Source: Eledone cirrhosa (lineage: Eukaryota). Taken from it: a stretch of DNA of 64,000 nucleotides. Under the pieces are notes generated by a model. It saw only the letters and a list, made by a program, of their open reading frames with translations. It had not been told where the DNA came from and ran no database searches. The DNA is taken from assembly GCA_964016885.1 (NCBI GenBank), contig OZ024741.1, forward strand, positions 177,506,001 to 177,570,000, written 5' to 3'. The translations under genes were made by a program, and so were the position numbers. Of the stretch, positions 26,705-40,000 are shown one piece after another; position 1 is the first letter of the stretch, and every line of letters starts with the position of its first letter.

Positions 26705-29700
26705 TATGCAAGGGGTTGAAGGGCTCCACTGCTGCTGACGCCGGGGCAAGGACCACAACCAACACCAGCACCGGCAAAACCATTAACACCAACACCAATA
26801 GAAAAACCACCAGCAACATTGCCCACCGAGGGGGGAAACGAGGAAAGCTGTCAAAATCCCCCTCCCTCCAAAAATACACACATCAATAACAACATAAACA
26901 CACACAGACACAGACACACTTGCAGACACAGACCCCTCATCTACCAGTAGTGAAGATGAGGGAAAACCAAAATGCCCCACAATACAAAAAAGGAAACACA
27001 AAAAGAAAAAAAAATCAACAAAGCACAAAATCATCCAAAATGAAAAATGCAGACACCACCCACGCAAACATCCTCCAATAACATCAACATGAACACCACC
27101 ATGACCATCACCAGAATCCCCCAAACGCAAACAACCTAAACAGACGCTAGGACAAATACACACACAAACATCTGAAACCACAGACACCTCACTCACAACA
27201 AACACAGACACAACCGAAACAACACCACCAAAACCATCACCACCACAACCACGCAAACAAATAAAATCACACCAACAAAACATAAAAACTTCGTACTGGT
27301 CAGGAGAGCCAACAAGGAACTGATAGCCCTTGTAGCACGAAGTGAAAATATACAAAAAGAGGGGGGCATTTTTAAATCGAGCACATTTCGCGGGCCGGAA
27401 AATGTGTTGCTGGTGCGAATGTCGCTCAATTTATACAAAGAGATACGAGACAGCTTTCCTCGGGAAGGTGGGAACCCCCAACGTAAAACCCACTTCAAGA
27501 CTTTTAAAGGAGTTCCCAAAAGAAACCCCACCAAGTATGGAGGTGGACCCACCCGACCTTCACATGAGACCGGAAGGTAAGTAAACCTTTCCTCTCTCTC
27601 GTTTAACCCGCCAACATGGCCGTATTAAGAGTAGGAAGTTCAAATGTTCGAAGCCTGGGATCGTCCTGGAAGAATGGTCAGCTGCACAACGACATCAGGT
27701 CTCTAGAAATTGATGTAATTGCCGTCAGCGTGACCAGGATTTCTGACACGCGCGCACTAGCCCCCATTTTCGACGACTATCAGATCTTTGCATCTGTTAG
27801 TCGGCCGGGAATGGGAGGTGGGGTGGCAGTGTTGTTTAGGAAAAGCCTGGATCTCCAGGTAAGGTCGATCTTCCGGAACCCGGACGGGAAGTTGGTGGTC
27901 CTGGACGTGAACAATATCGAAGGTGGTGCCTTTACACGGGTGACCGTCTACGCCCCTACTAGTGCAAGACGGCCGGACTTCTTTAGACGTCTGGAAGCCT
28001 TTCTGGGTACGTCTCGCTGCAACAGCATCTTTGACGCACGCTGGGCCTGTGTGGGAATATCCGATAAGATCGGGGGTTGCAAAGGCCTCAAGAACCTGAT
28101 CAGCCAGTTGCAACTGTCTGACAGGTACCGACTAGATTTCCCTAATGCGCCAGTGTGGACCTGGACTAACCACAAAGGGTCATCTAGATCGTATATAGAC
28201 CGGATATTCATTAGGAAATAGACAGAAATAGTGTAAGCTGTCCACGTTTTAAAACGGTCGCCTATTCAGATCACAAGTGCGTGAGCTGTATGGTCGACAT
28301 AGATAAGACGCATAGATTCGGACATGCCTACTGGAAGCTGAACATGTCATTTCCGGCACGTAAGGCCTACAGGAACCAGGTCAACAATTTAGTCAAGAAA
28401 AAGTTGACAGGGTGAATGTCAACAAATAGATGGTGGGGGGCTCTCAAAAGAAAGATTAGTGTAATATCGATAGAGTTTAGCAAAGAAGTAGTGTTAGAGA
28501 AAAATAGAAAGGAGGGCGGTTGTTATATAAGTTAGACGAGGCCCTTTGTAGTGGCATTGCAACTAACGTGCTAGCGCCGAGAATGGCATTAGACCATTTC
28601 TTCAATACGAAACACGAAGGCTGCATTGTCAGAGTTAAGGCGCGTACTCTGTGAAACGAGGGAACAAAAGTTGTTCGATGGGCCCGCGTGGTAATAAAAC
28701 TACGATTCGGTTTTAACGGACCGAGATGGACACGAGCTGAGTTATTCTAAGCCGATGTGTGAGGCCTTTCGCCAACATTTGCTAGGTTGTTCGGGGGAAG
28801 AGGCAGATCAGAGGCGGGGTCGAACTTCAGTCCCTACCTCGATGGCTTGCGCAACTCTCGACGGCCGGCGCTGCGAAAGGCCGATTATTTCAGCCGAGAT
28901 TCAGGATGCACTTGTCGGCTGCATGAGGCGCAAGTCATCCGGTTTGGATGGTCTGCCCTACGAGCTTTACGTAAATATGCCAGACTTGTTCTCCAATCTC
29001 CTCGAAGCGCTTAACTGCAACTGGCAGCAGAACGGGAGTATTCCCAGTAATGTGAGGCGAGGCGTTGTGACGCTGATAAGGAAAGACGAGAACAAGTGGG
29101 ACACATTAGACAATTTCAGGTCCATAACTCTGCTCAACATAGCATTTAATATGTTGGGCAGGGTGTTAGCGAAGAGGTTGGCGCTTGCCGTCGGGGATTT
29201 GTTGGGGAGGCGCAAACTTGCGCAATCCCAACCAGGTCCATACGCGACAACCACCTACAGAGGGTAGGGTGTAAACCTGACTTCGGTGAGGCTCTGATTA
29301 ATTTAGATCAATCGAACGCATTCGATAGGGTCGACCATCTGTACCTGGAGGCTGTCCTCAAGGCGGCTGGCTTCGGCGCCGTCTTCAGAAGTTGGATCGC
29401 TGCAATGCACAGCGGCACCTGCTCGGTGGTCAAAATTAATGGCCACCTCTCGGAACCGTTTCAGGACTCCCGATCGATCCATCTCCCCTCTTCTGTACGT
29501 ATTGACTCTCGACCCTTTACTGCGGAAGCTGGAGCTGTTGCAGGGAATCCCGCTCGAACCGGGACGCGGAAAGTCTGTCTCGGCCTATGCGGACACCTCA
29601 GAAATCGAGGTGGTCGGCAACTTATTGGAGGATTATGAAGGGTTGACTGGAGCAAAACTTAACCTGGAAAAGTCGGTGGGCTTGCAACACGGCACCTGGA

Positions 29701-31141
29701 GAGGCTAGTCCATGCCGTCCATAAGTGTAGGTAGGCGCTGGACGGACAGACCGGTAAAGTTGCTCGAGATTTGGTTCGGGCCAGACCTCCAGGTGGATAA
29801 GAACTGGGACGAGGTGACGGGCAGAGTAGCCAGTCTCACCCAGAAATGGGCTACGAGAAAGCTATCACTGAAAAGTCGGGCGGAGGTGCCGAACGCGTAC
29901 ATCGCGTCCATCATCTACTACCGTCTGACCGTCGTCCCTTGCCACGTTCACGCCTCGCTATGTTGGCGCGGCTCCTCTTCAAATTCTTGTGGAGGGATCA
30001 GGTTCCGCTGGTGAGGTGGTCCATATGCTGCCAGCACCCTCTATGAGGAAGGCTAGGCATGCCATGGTTAATGATGCGCAGACGAATATCTCTAGATATT
30101 CTGCCTAAACGGTGAACTGGTGTGGTCGCCGTTTGTCAGACGGGCCTTTCCGCAGCTCGTTTCTTTAACTGAGACTGGGTGACTGGCATCTGGAATGTTG
30201 CCAGGCACTCACTGCCCTCTACCAGGCGGGCAATGCGGTCAGTGGAACTTCCACTCTCGAGTTCTATAGAGGATTAGTGGTGGGCAAGTGCGAGAACGCA
30301 CTCGGAGAGGCTCCGGGAGTCGACGAAGTCGAACTAACCACTCTGTTCCGGAGGACTTTCGGGCCGGTGACGATTGATAATTTCCAAAAATCCCTCGCTT
30401 GGTAGTGTTACCGGGGGGCACTGCCGGTTCGAGATAAACTCTACAGGCAAGGAAGTGTTGTCAGACGGACTTACCCGAGATGCGTGCGTGCAGAGCAACG
30501 AAACCGTTCTGCACGCACTCGTCCAGTGTCCATGCATTACTGACTTGTGGAGTTATGTCGAACAGCTGTTGTCGCGTGTAGAACAGATCCGGCTATCGGC
30601 CGACTCCATAGTGAAGATCGACCCGCCGCCTTCTTTTGGCCAGGAAGGGCAGGAAATGTTCCTCTGTCTGGTGGCAGTAGCGAAAGAGGTTGTGTGGTGG
30701 ACGAGGTTGAAAGGACAGAAGACAAACCAATCCCTCATCTACTTTTTCAACTTTCACTTGGAAAGGAAGGTGAGCGTGGAGAGAAAAGTGCTGCCCCCAC
30801 CCCAGCCCCCAGTACATTTGCTGAAAGGTGGGTGAATGTGGCGAGAATGGCCCGTGTGAGTGGGCCTACTCTGGTCATGCGCCTGTAGGTGGGTACATTT
30901 GAGGAGGAGAAGGGTGCCCTTCCAGGGTGCTCTCGAAGCGTCGGATCGTTCAGGATTGGTGGGGTACCTGAGCGAATCCTGGGTGGTCATCCCCCCTATT
31001 GGGGAATTTTTCTTGTTCTATTTTTATTGTTACTTTTTTATTGTTATTCATATTGTTTACTCAATTTTTCTGTAAAACCCCACTGTCCCAGTCTTTTGTA
31101 TTGTCCCCTATATGTTGGACATGTGGCCAATACATGAAATC
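26705..31141 (+). mobile_element. Tx1/L1-clade copy B (3' half of ORF1, ORF2 27616-30888, 3' UTR), disrupted
   Basis: ORF1 end is homologous to copy D; APE, RT and C-terminal motifs are present. Ends GTGGCCAATACATGAAATC followed by (ATT)n at 31142-31168. Confidence 0.9.
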
Positions 31142-31168
31142 ATTATTATTATTATTATTACTATTATT

Positions 31169-34100
31169 GGTTTAATCGGACGTCTTTTGCTCGCGCCCAG
31201 TAAGTCGCTTTATTTGCCTGTTCAAATTATTTGTTGTTAAATTTTTCTTGTTGTGTAAGGGGTATAAGCCCTTGGATTTCGCCCTGTGAATGGGAAAGTA
31301 TAATATTTGGGCCTCTTGGCCCAAATACTTGAACAATCTTTGAACATTTTAATTTTGAAAAGTGAAAAAAATAAAAAAAACATGGCTGAGCCACGCCCAC
31401 CCAGCAATATGTCTGCTGTCGTGTAACAGCGGAATAAAAGTTGAGAGGGGGGTTAGTGAAATTCATGCAACAGACACCACCACAAACAACGTGACAATGA
31501 CAACACTGAGAACACTAATTTTGAAAAGATTACCACACCAACTACAACAATAACAACGTCAACCAAAATACAAACAACAGAAAAAATACGACAACAAATG
31601 CAACAACGATATTAACACCACTAACAAGAAAATAAACAACGACAATACCAACAGCAACAATACAAATTGCACCGAAAACAACAAAAACGGTGGCACCAAA
31701 AACACAACCAACTACAACAGTGATAACAGCAACAACACCAACAACACCGTTTGTAGCAGTAGCAACAGCAACAGCACCAACAACAAGGCCAGTAGAGGCA
31801 GCAATAATGGGGCCGCTTAAAAGGGGGCCACCTCTTCCGCAGGTGTGGCCCGAAATAAAGATACAGTGCTTGTCACGGAGGAGGAGATGGCAGTCGCAAG
31901 AGCCATGGTGTCGAGAAACGACAATAGAGTTTCCCTGAAACCTCCACCCGATTTATTCAAAGACCAGTAGCTGCGCACTGTGACTTACCGCACCGTAAGC
32001 AAATCGTCACATCGGGTGAAGAGAGCCAGGGAGGCTCAAATCCAAAATGCTTTGGGGTGCGTATGGGCGCGCATAACCCACATCGCCCGGGGCAAAAAGT
32101 ACGCCACAGTAGACGTACATTTCGCCAACCCCCAAGAGACGAAGACTCACGCTTTGGAAACCCTAAAGAGTGAGGAAATAGACTTGGTGCCCTCCTACTG
32201 CGGGCAGAAAATTGTGAGGGTCAAAGTGACACAGCTACCGTCCAACGTGTCCATACCTTGCATGGCCGCGTCTGTACTGGCTGGAATCGAGGAGAAGACG
32301 ACCATACTGCAAATACAGAGATTCGGAAGAGAGAACTGGTCAGGAATAGGCATGCAAATGCTAATAGAGACTGACCATGTGTGCATCGAGGCCATCCCAG
32401 ACCTCATAGACCTCGAAGAAGGGCCCCATCTCCCTATAAGCGTGGAAGGAAGGTGCCCAAAGTGCTATCTCTGTGGGCAGAAGGGTCACCTCAGGTCCTT
32501 CTGTCCGCAGAAGACATCCAAGAAGAGGGCACCCCTCCTTGCGGCGCCTGATCCGCTGCTACCAAGAGCAGGACAGGAAACAGTGTCAGAAGACCCTTCC
32601 ATTGTGAATAGGATGACACGTCCGTGGCAGCCATACCAAGGCCACGGACAACTAAAGCAGCGGCAGCAGTGGCGGCAACACAAAGTGTCTCATTAGCCCT
32701 TCCGTCAGTAAAATCGCCGGAGCGGGCTCCATAACCACCACCAACAGCAGTGGAGATCGTGCCCCTCCCGGACGCCGTGAGGCCCGACATAAAGTATGCG
32801 GCGGGGAGAAATGGCAAACGGTCTGCCACAAAAAACGAAAAAGAAAAAAAACCCTTAGCTTCACCCTCCAAAAGCGAAGGCAGACAAAGAGGGGTAAAGT
32901 CTGCAAGGAGACTTGCGGCAACACCACAACCATCACCACCACAAACATCACCACCAACAACAACCACACCACAACCAGCATCACCAAAAACACCAACATC
33001 GCAAACACAACAAAACACACACACACCCGACAGCAACAACAAGAAAAAGCAACAAAATCACCCCCCCCCCCAAAAAAAAGTATACAGCCATAAACAATGC
33101 AAATAAAGAACTCCTACAACACATAACATCACAGACATCACAGAAATCACAGAAAAAACTACTACACCCCACCAACACCAAGAGCTCTCCTGACAAACAT
33201 AAGCGTCTTTGAAATCTCAATAGAACGTTACAAACTTTTAAAGCAAAAATTCCCCAACGCAGTTGGAGACTTCAGAGGGTCGGTTACCAAGAGGATATAC
33301 ATCGACTTCCTCGTGGAAACACCCATGACCAGCCAAAGGGAGGTTCTACTGTCCCTTTACCAAACGATCAAGGTAAGAGATCATTTCTTACTTACCCCGT
33401 TCCTCATCCAACATGGCCGTACTTAGAATAGCCAGTAGAAATATACGTGGTCTGGGGTCATCTTGGAAGCAGGGTCACCTGCTCAACGACCTCAGGTCAC
33501 TAAACATAGATGTGGTGGCCATCAGCGAGACCAGTATCTCCGAAGCACGAGCCTTCGCACCGATTTTCGGCGTCTACGATGTATACACATCGCCCAGCCG
33601 TCCATGATCAGGGGGAGGGGTTACCGTGCTTTTTCGGAGAGGCTTGGATCTTGCTATCCGGGCCATCTTCCTGGACCCAGAAGGTAAGTCGATGGTGCAG
33701 GGACGTGACCGGCAGCGAAGGCAATGTTTTCAGGCTAGTAGCCGTCTACGCCCCAATAGTGGTAGGACGGCCAGATTTCTTCAGACCTCTAGAGACCTTT
33801 CTTGGAACCTCCCGCTCTTTAGTGTTAGTGGGCGACTGGAACGGTATCTTAGATGCACGCTGGGATTATGTGGGGCTAGTAGACAGGGCAGGAGTGTGAA
33901 AAAGCCTCAACAACCTGCTCAGACGTTTTGAACTGTCTGACAGGTATCGACTGGATTATCCGAATGTGCCAATGTGGACATGGCCAAACCTCATCGGGTC
34001 ATCCAGATCGTATTTAGATAGGGTATTCTGTATGGAAACAGATAAGGCAATGCAGGTTGTCCACAATTTAAAGTAGTCGACTACACGGACCACAACTTTG

Positions 34101-37014
34101 TGATCTGTTGATTTAGGCTCCATAGGCAAGGGTCCGGCTACTGGAAGCTGAACGCGTCGTTACCGGCGCGCAAATATTACAGAGACCGGATTAGCGAATT
34201 AGTTAAGTGTGCGTTGACGGGTGCAATCGTCAACAACAGGTGGTGGTTTACTCTGAAACGGGCTATTAGAATAGAATCGATAAGATTTAGCAAAGGAGTA
34301 GTGATAGAGGAAAATAGAGTAGATGGAGAGTTAGTTAGAAATCTAGAAGAGGCGTTTATGACAGGCATCGTAACCGACGTGATTGCGGCGAGATTGGCAC
34401 TCGACCAATTCTTCAACGCAAAGCATGAAGGCTGCGTTGTCAGAGCTAGAGCGCGTGTTCTAAGACACGAGGAGACGAAAGCCCTTCAATGGGCCCGGGT
34501 ATGTGGAGGCGCGACGTGGCAACAAGACCACAATTCGGTCTTTGCCTTATCAAAACGAGCGCATGTTGCTCGAAACCCGAGCAGATGTGTGCGGCTTTTC
34601 AACAGCACTTTGCTCAATTGCCCGGGATCGGCGGCGGGCCGGTTTGTAGTATGGACTTCGGTGCATACCTCGACGGACTGCCGGGGCTCTCGACGACCGC
34701 AGCGCAGTGTTGCGAAAAGCCGATAAATGCAGGTGAAATACGAGGCGCGATGTCTGACTGCACGTGGAGTAAATCGCCAGGTTTGGATGGTCTGTCCTAC
34801 AAGCTTTATGCGTATATGCCAGACATGTTCGGCGACCTCTTGGCAGATGTCTACTGCAACTGGCAGTAGAACGGGATCATTCGCAGTTTTGTGAGCCGGG
34901 GAGCGGTGGGACTGCTGAGAAAAGACCCGAACAAGGACGACGTTATAGACAACTTCAGACCCATAATCTTTGGCCAAGGTGTTAGCAAAGAGATTGGCGC
35001 TTGTCGTCGGTGATCTGGTGGGACAGGCGCAGACATGCATCATCCCGGACAGATACATCCACGACAACCACCATCTCATGCGATACATCATAGAGATGGA
35101 GGTAAGGAACCTGGCACGGGTGGGGCCCTCGTGAACTTGGATCAATTCAAAGCATTTGATAGGGTCGATCATCGGTACCTGGCTGCGGTCCTCGAGGCGG
35201 CCGGCTTCGGACCCGTTTTTAGGGGCTGGATGGCTGCGATGCACAGCGGCATCTGCTCGATTGTGAGGGTCAATGGCCACCTGTCGCAGCCTTTCAGCAT
35301 CATGCGCTCGTTCTGCCCTAGAGCCGTTACAACACAAATTGGAGACGAGGGTCGTCCCAGGGGTACTGGGATGCGGGAGATCCGTGTCAGCTTACGACGA
35401 CGACGTCACCGTGGTTTGTCGAGCACCAAACACGTCCAGATGCTCGGCACCGCTCTCAAAGAATACGAAGCGGTGACAGGAGCAAAGATAAACCAGGAAA
35501 AGTCGGTGGGCTTGCAACTCGGCACCTGGAGAGGAAAGTTCATGCCGTCCGACAGCGTCGTGGGGCGCTGGACGGAAGGGCCGGTTAAATTGCTTGAAGT
35601 CTGGTTCGGTCCGGACCTCCAGATGGAGAAAAATTGACGACCAGGGTGGCCTCTCTCACCCAGAAATGGGCCGAGAGGAGGCTGTCTCTGAAATGTCGAG
35701 CAGTGGTGGCGAATGCGTACATAGCGTCCGTCATCTGCTACCGTCTGACCGTCATATCTAGCCCCCGCCCAACTCTGACCATATGTAGCGCCTTCTCTTC
35801 CGCTTTTTGTGGGAGGGACGTGCTCCCATGGTCAGACGATCCATTTGATATCAACACCCGTTGCGTGGAAGACTAGGAATGCCGTGGCTGATGATGCGCA
35901 AACTTGCGCTGAGGCTGCGACATCTCTGGTGCTTCCTTGACGGTGAACAGGTGTGGTCGCCGTTAGCCAGAGGCGCTTTTTCCCAGCTCGTCTCCTTGAC
36001 GGAGCTGCAAGTCTGGATCAGGAGCAGACCGAGGGATAGCGCTTGGAAGCTGGAATGTCTCCAAGCCCTCGCCGCCCTCTACCTGTTGGGCACTAGTATC
36101 GGTGAAACATCCACCTCGGCGTTCTATAGAGGGCTAGTGGAGGGAAAGTGCGACGACTTTCTCAGGGAGACCCTGGGCGTCGAGGACGATCAGCTGTTCG
36201 CTCTCTTCAAGAGAATTTTCAGACCGGAGCCTATGGACAACTTCCAGAAATCTCTGACCTTGCAGTGCTACCGGGGAGCGTTGCCGGTTCGGGATAAGCT
36301 CTACAGGCAGGGAGGGGCTGTCAGCCGAGCCTGTTCGAGATGTGCGCAGGACAACGAAACCGTCCTGTACGCACTCGTTCAGTGCTCGAGGATTGCAGAC
36401 TTGTGGAGCTATGTCGAACACCTGCTGTCGCGTGTAGGACTGATCAGGTTATCGACTGAGTCCATTGTGCAGATAGCCCCGCCATCCTCCTTTAAAGAGG
36501 AAGAAAGGCTGGCAGTTTTCATCTGCTTGGTGTCCATGGCGAAAGAGATTGTGTGGTGTACAAGATTGAAAGGGTTGAAGACGGACACTTTCCTCTCCGG
36601 CCAATCCCTGATTAAGTTTTTCAAGTTTACTTGAAGAGGAAAATCAGGGTGGAGAGGCAAGTGCTGACTTCTAGTGAGTTTGTTTAAAGGTGGGTGAAAG
36701 TTGCGAGTCTGGTCCAAGTGAACGGGCCCGCTCTGAGTATACGCCTGTAGACTGAGGGGTGGGAAAAGTGAGAGAGGGCACTTGCCCTGGTGGTCAGAGT
36801 GCCCGTGGTCTGTTCTGTGGTTTTCACCACGAGTGACCCACGGAGATTTCCCCCTTCTTGGGGAATTTTTGTTCTTTGAATTTTTTTGGATTTGTAGCCC
36901 GATTTTGTTATAACCTGTTTACACGACGAAAATCCACTTGGTATCGTCCTGTAATGTCCTGTGCCATCTATAATGTTTTTCTTCGTGTCAGCCCTTGTGG
37001 CCAATAAATAAACC
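31169..37014 (+). mobile_element. Tx1/L1-clade copy C, apparently full length, disrupted
   Basis: ORF1 from ATG 31382 with zinc knuckle CYLCGQKGHLRSFC. ORF2 33413-36750 has APE, RT and CSRC..ETVLYALVQC. Ends AATAAA plus CATTATTATT. Confidence 0.92.
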
Positions 37015-37028
37015 ATTATTATTTTTAT

Positions 37029-40000
37029 GGACGCACATGTGTGAAGACAGTACAAATCTGCGGGGGAAAAGGTTCGTAACTTTAAGCTGTTTTAAAGTGT
37101 CATTGTTTGTATTTTCTTGTGGTTAACGAAACTTAAGGTACACATCTGATTTAAAGGGAGGGATACCTCTCAATATTCGGGGTTTAAGCCCGAATATTCA
37201 GATTTATTTTTTAAAATCTTCGAAAAAAGTCGCAAAAAAATGGAAATGTTCGACCTTGAAACAGTAAACAACGTTCAGGTCAAAAGTTTAAGGGCAGCCA
37301 CTGTAGATTTCACCACGACTACGACGGCTACAGTCATGCCTGTCGTTCACTCTACTGAATGTGAAGGCAAAACTCAAAAGCTACCATCACAAACGTCTGT
37401 GATAGCAGCAGTATCATCTGAAAACGACATCACCACCACCACCGCCGCCGCCGCCACCACCGCCACCACCACCACAACAACAACAACAACTCAGAGCAAT
37501 AACGACAATAACACCGACACGGATGGCGGTGGCAACAGCATCAACAAACAAAACAACAACACCACCAATAACAACAGCAAGAATAACAACACCAACAACA
37601 AGAGCATCAGAAGCACCACATTTGCTGCAGCAGCAGCAAAAACAAAGCGCTTATTGAATATTGATATTGATATTAGCGATAAAGACGAGCAGTTGGCCAA
37701 AGCGTGGAGGCTAATTAAACGGGAGAAGTCCTGAGCAAACCTGACCATCCCGGATGAGGCAATAGCGGCCATGCAAAGGTGGACGGTGTACTTTCGATGC
37801 ATTTCGGTGCAGACACGAAAAGTGGAACCTGGCAGCCAAGCAGAGGTCGAGGCTGCTTTGGAGTACATCGGAAGTAACATAGAGTATAAAGCAAGAGGCA
37901 AACAGTTCGGTACCATCTCGGTACTGTTCAAAACCGAGGCCGTCGCTATTAAGCACTCGGAGACCCCCTGCAGAACGGAACGCATTATCATGCATCCATC
38001 CTACATGGGTAAAAGGACAGTAAAGGTCCGCATTCCCAGCATCCCACCAGGAATGAACATATGGTGGCTGCTGGGATGCGTAATCGAGGAGGGGACAGAC
38101 ACTACCCTCCTGTATATCAAAAGGACAGAGAGAGAGGACTGCTCCGGAATGGATTTGAAGATTGTTCTCCAAGTGAAACCGGAGGACGTGAACAACATCC
38201 CGGATTTTGCCCGCCTGCAGGACGGGACAACAATCCAACTAATCATTGACGGAAGAAGGCCACGCTGCTTCGTCTGCGGGGAAGCAACGCATATGCAAGA
38301 CTTCTGCCCTCAGCGCAAAAAAGCAGGGGGTCGCAGACCTCCTTTGTTGCCAACGCCAGTGTCAGCACGGAAAGCTGCACCACCACCAAAAACAACACCA
38401 ACAAATACACGGACACCAACATCAAAAACAGCCGGATCACCACCAACACCAAAACCAATCCAAGGGGAAAACGAAGAAAGCTCTCCCATTCCCCCTACCC
38501 CCCACCCCACCCCAATTATACCCATAGACAAAACAATAAACGCACACACAGACACAGAACCACTCACAGCCACAGACCCATGTCTTCCAGCAGCGAAGAT
38601 GAAGGAAAACACAAAAGTGCAAACAAATCAGAGAAAACTCACCCCCAAAAAGCCCCGACAAAACACAAAAACTTACACAACAAAAAACACAGACACCACT
38701 AACGCAAACACTTCCCCAATAACATCAGCACCAGCACCAACATCGACCCCCCCCCACACACAATCCCCGAAACGCAAACAACCTAAGCAAACACAAGTAC
38801 AAATAAACACAGACACCACACCTACAACAAACACAGACATACCCGAAACAACACAACCAACACCATCACCACCACTGACACCAAAACGAAAACAAATAAA
38901 ACCACACCAACAAAATGTTAAAAACTTCGTGCTTGTCAGAAGGGCCAACGATAAACTGATGGCCCTCGTAGCTCGAAGCGAGGATATTCTAACAGAGGGG
39001 GATTTTTGAAATGGGCACATTTTGCGTGCCAGAAGATGTGCCTCTGGTCCGAATGTCACTCAATTCCTTCAAAGAAATTCGAGAGAGCTTTCCTCAAGAC
39101 GTGGGAACCCCGAATGTGAAACCCACATTTTAAAGCGGTTCCCAAAAGAAACACCACCAACCATGGAGGTAGAACTACCCGACCTTCACAAGACCCCGGG
39201 AAGTAAGTAAACCTTCCCTCTCTCTCTTAGCTTACCAACATGGCCATATTAAGAGTAGGAAGTTTAAATGTTCGCGGCCTGGAGTCACCCTGGAAGCAGG
39301 ATCGCCTGCTCAAAGACCTCAGGTAGCTGGAAATCGATATGATTGCCGTCAGCGAGACCAGAATTTTCGACACGCGCGTACTAGACCCCATTTTCGACGA
39401 CTATCAGATCTTCGCATCTATTAGCAGGCCGGGAATGGGGTGGGTGGCAGTGCTGTTTAGGAAAGGACTGGATCTCGAGGTAAGGTCGATTGTCCGGGAC
39501 CCGGACGGTAAGTTGGTGGTCTGGATGTGAGCAGTAGCGAAGATGGTGCCTTTAGACTGCTAGCCGTCTACGCCCCTACAGGGGCCTTACGACCGGACTT
39601 CTTTAGGCGCCTGGAGACCTTTCTGGGTACGTTTCGCCATTTACTGTTAGCGGGGGACTGGAATGGCACCTTAGACGTACGCTGGGATTATGTGGGAGTA
39701 GCCGATAGGAGCGGGGGGTGCAAAAGCCTCAAGCACCTACTCAGCCAGTTGCAACTGTCTGACAGGTATCGACTAGATTTCCCCAATGTGCCAGTATGGA
39801 CATGGACCAACCAAATGGGGTCATCTAGATCGTATATAGACAGGATCTTCATTAGGAAAATACATAGAAATAGTGTGGGCTGCCCACTTTTTAAAACGGT
39901 CGCCTATTCAGATCACAAATTTCTGATCTGTACGATCGACCTAGATAAAACGCGTAGGTTAGGAGCGGGTTACTGGAAGCGGGTTACATGGCTTACAGGG

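Noticed and set aside
34486-35337. 283-aa antisense ORF and similar minus-strand ORFs across the Tx1 array
   Set aside because: Shadows of GC-rich RT coding sequence; no domain motifs and lengths not conserved between copies.
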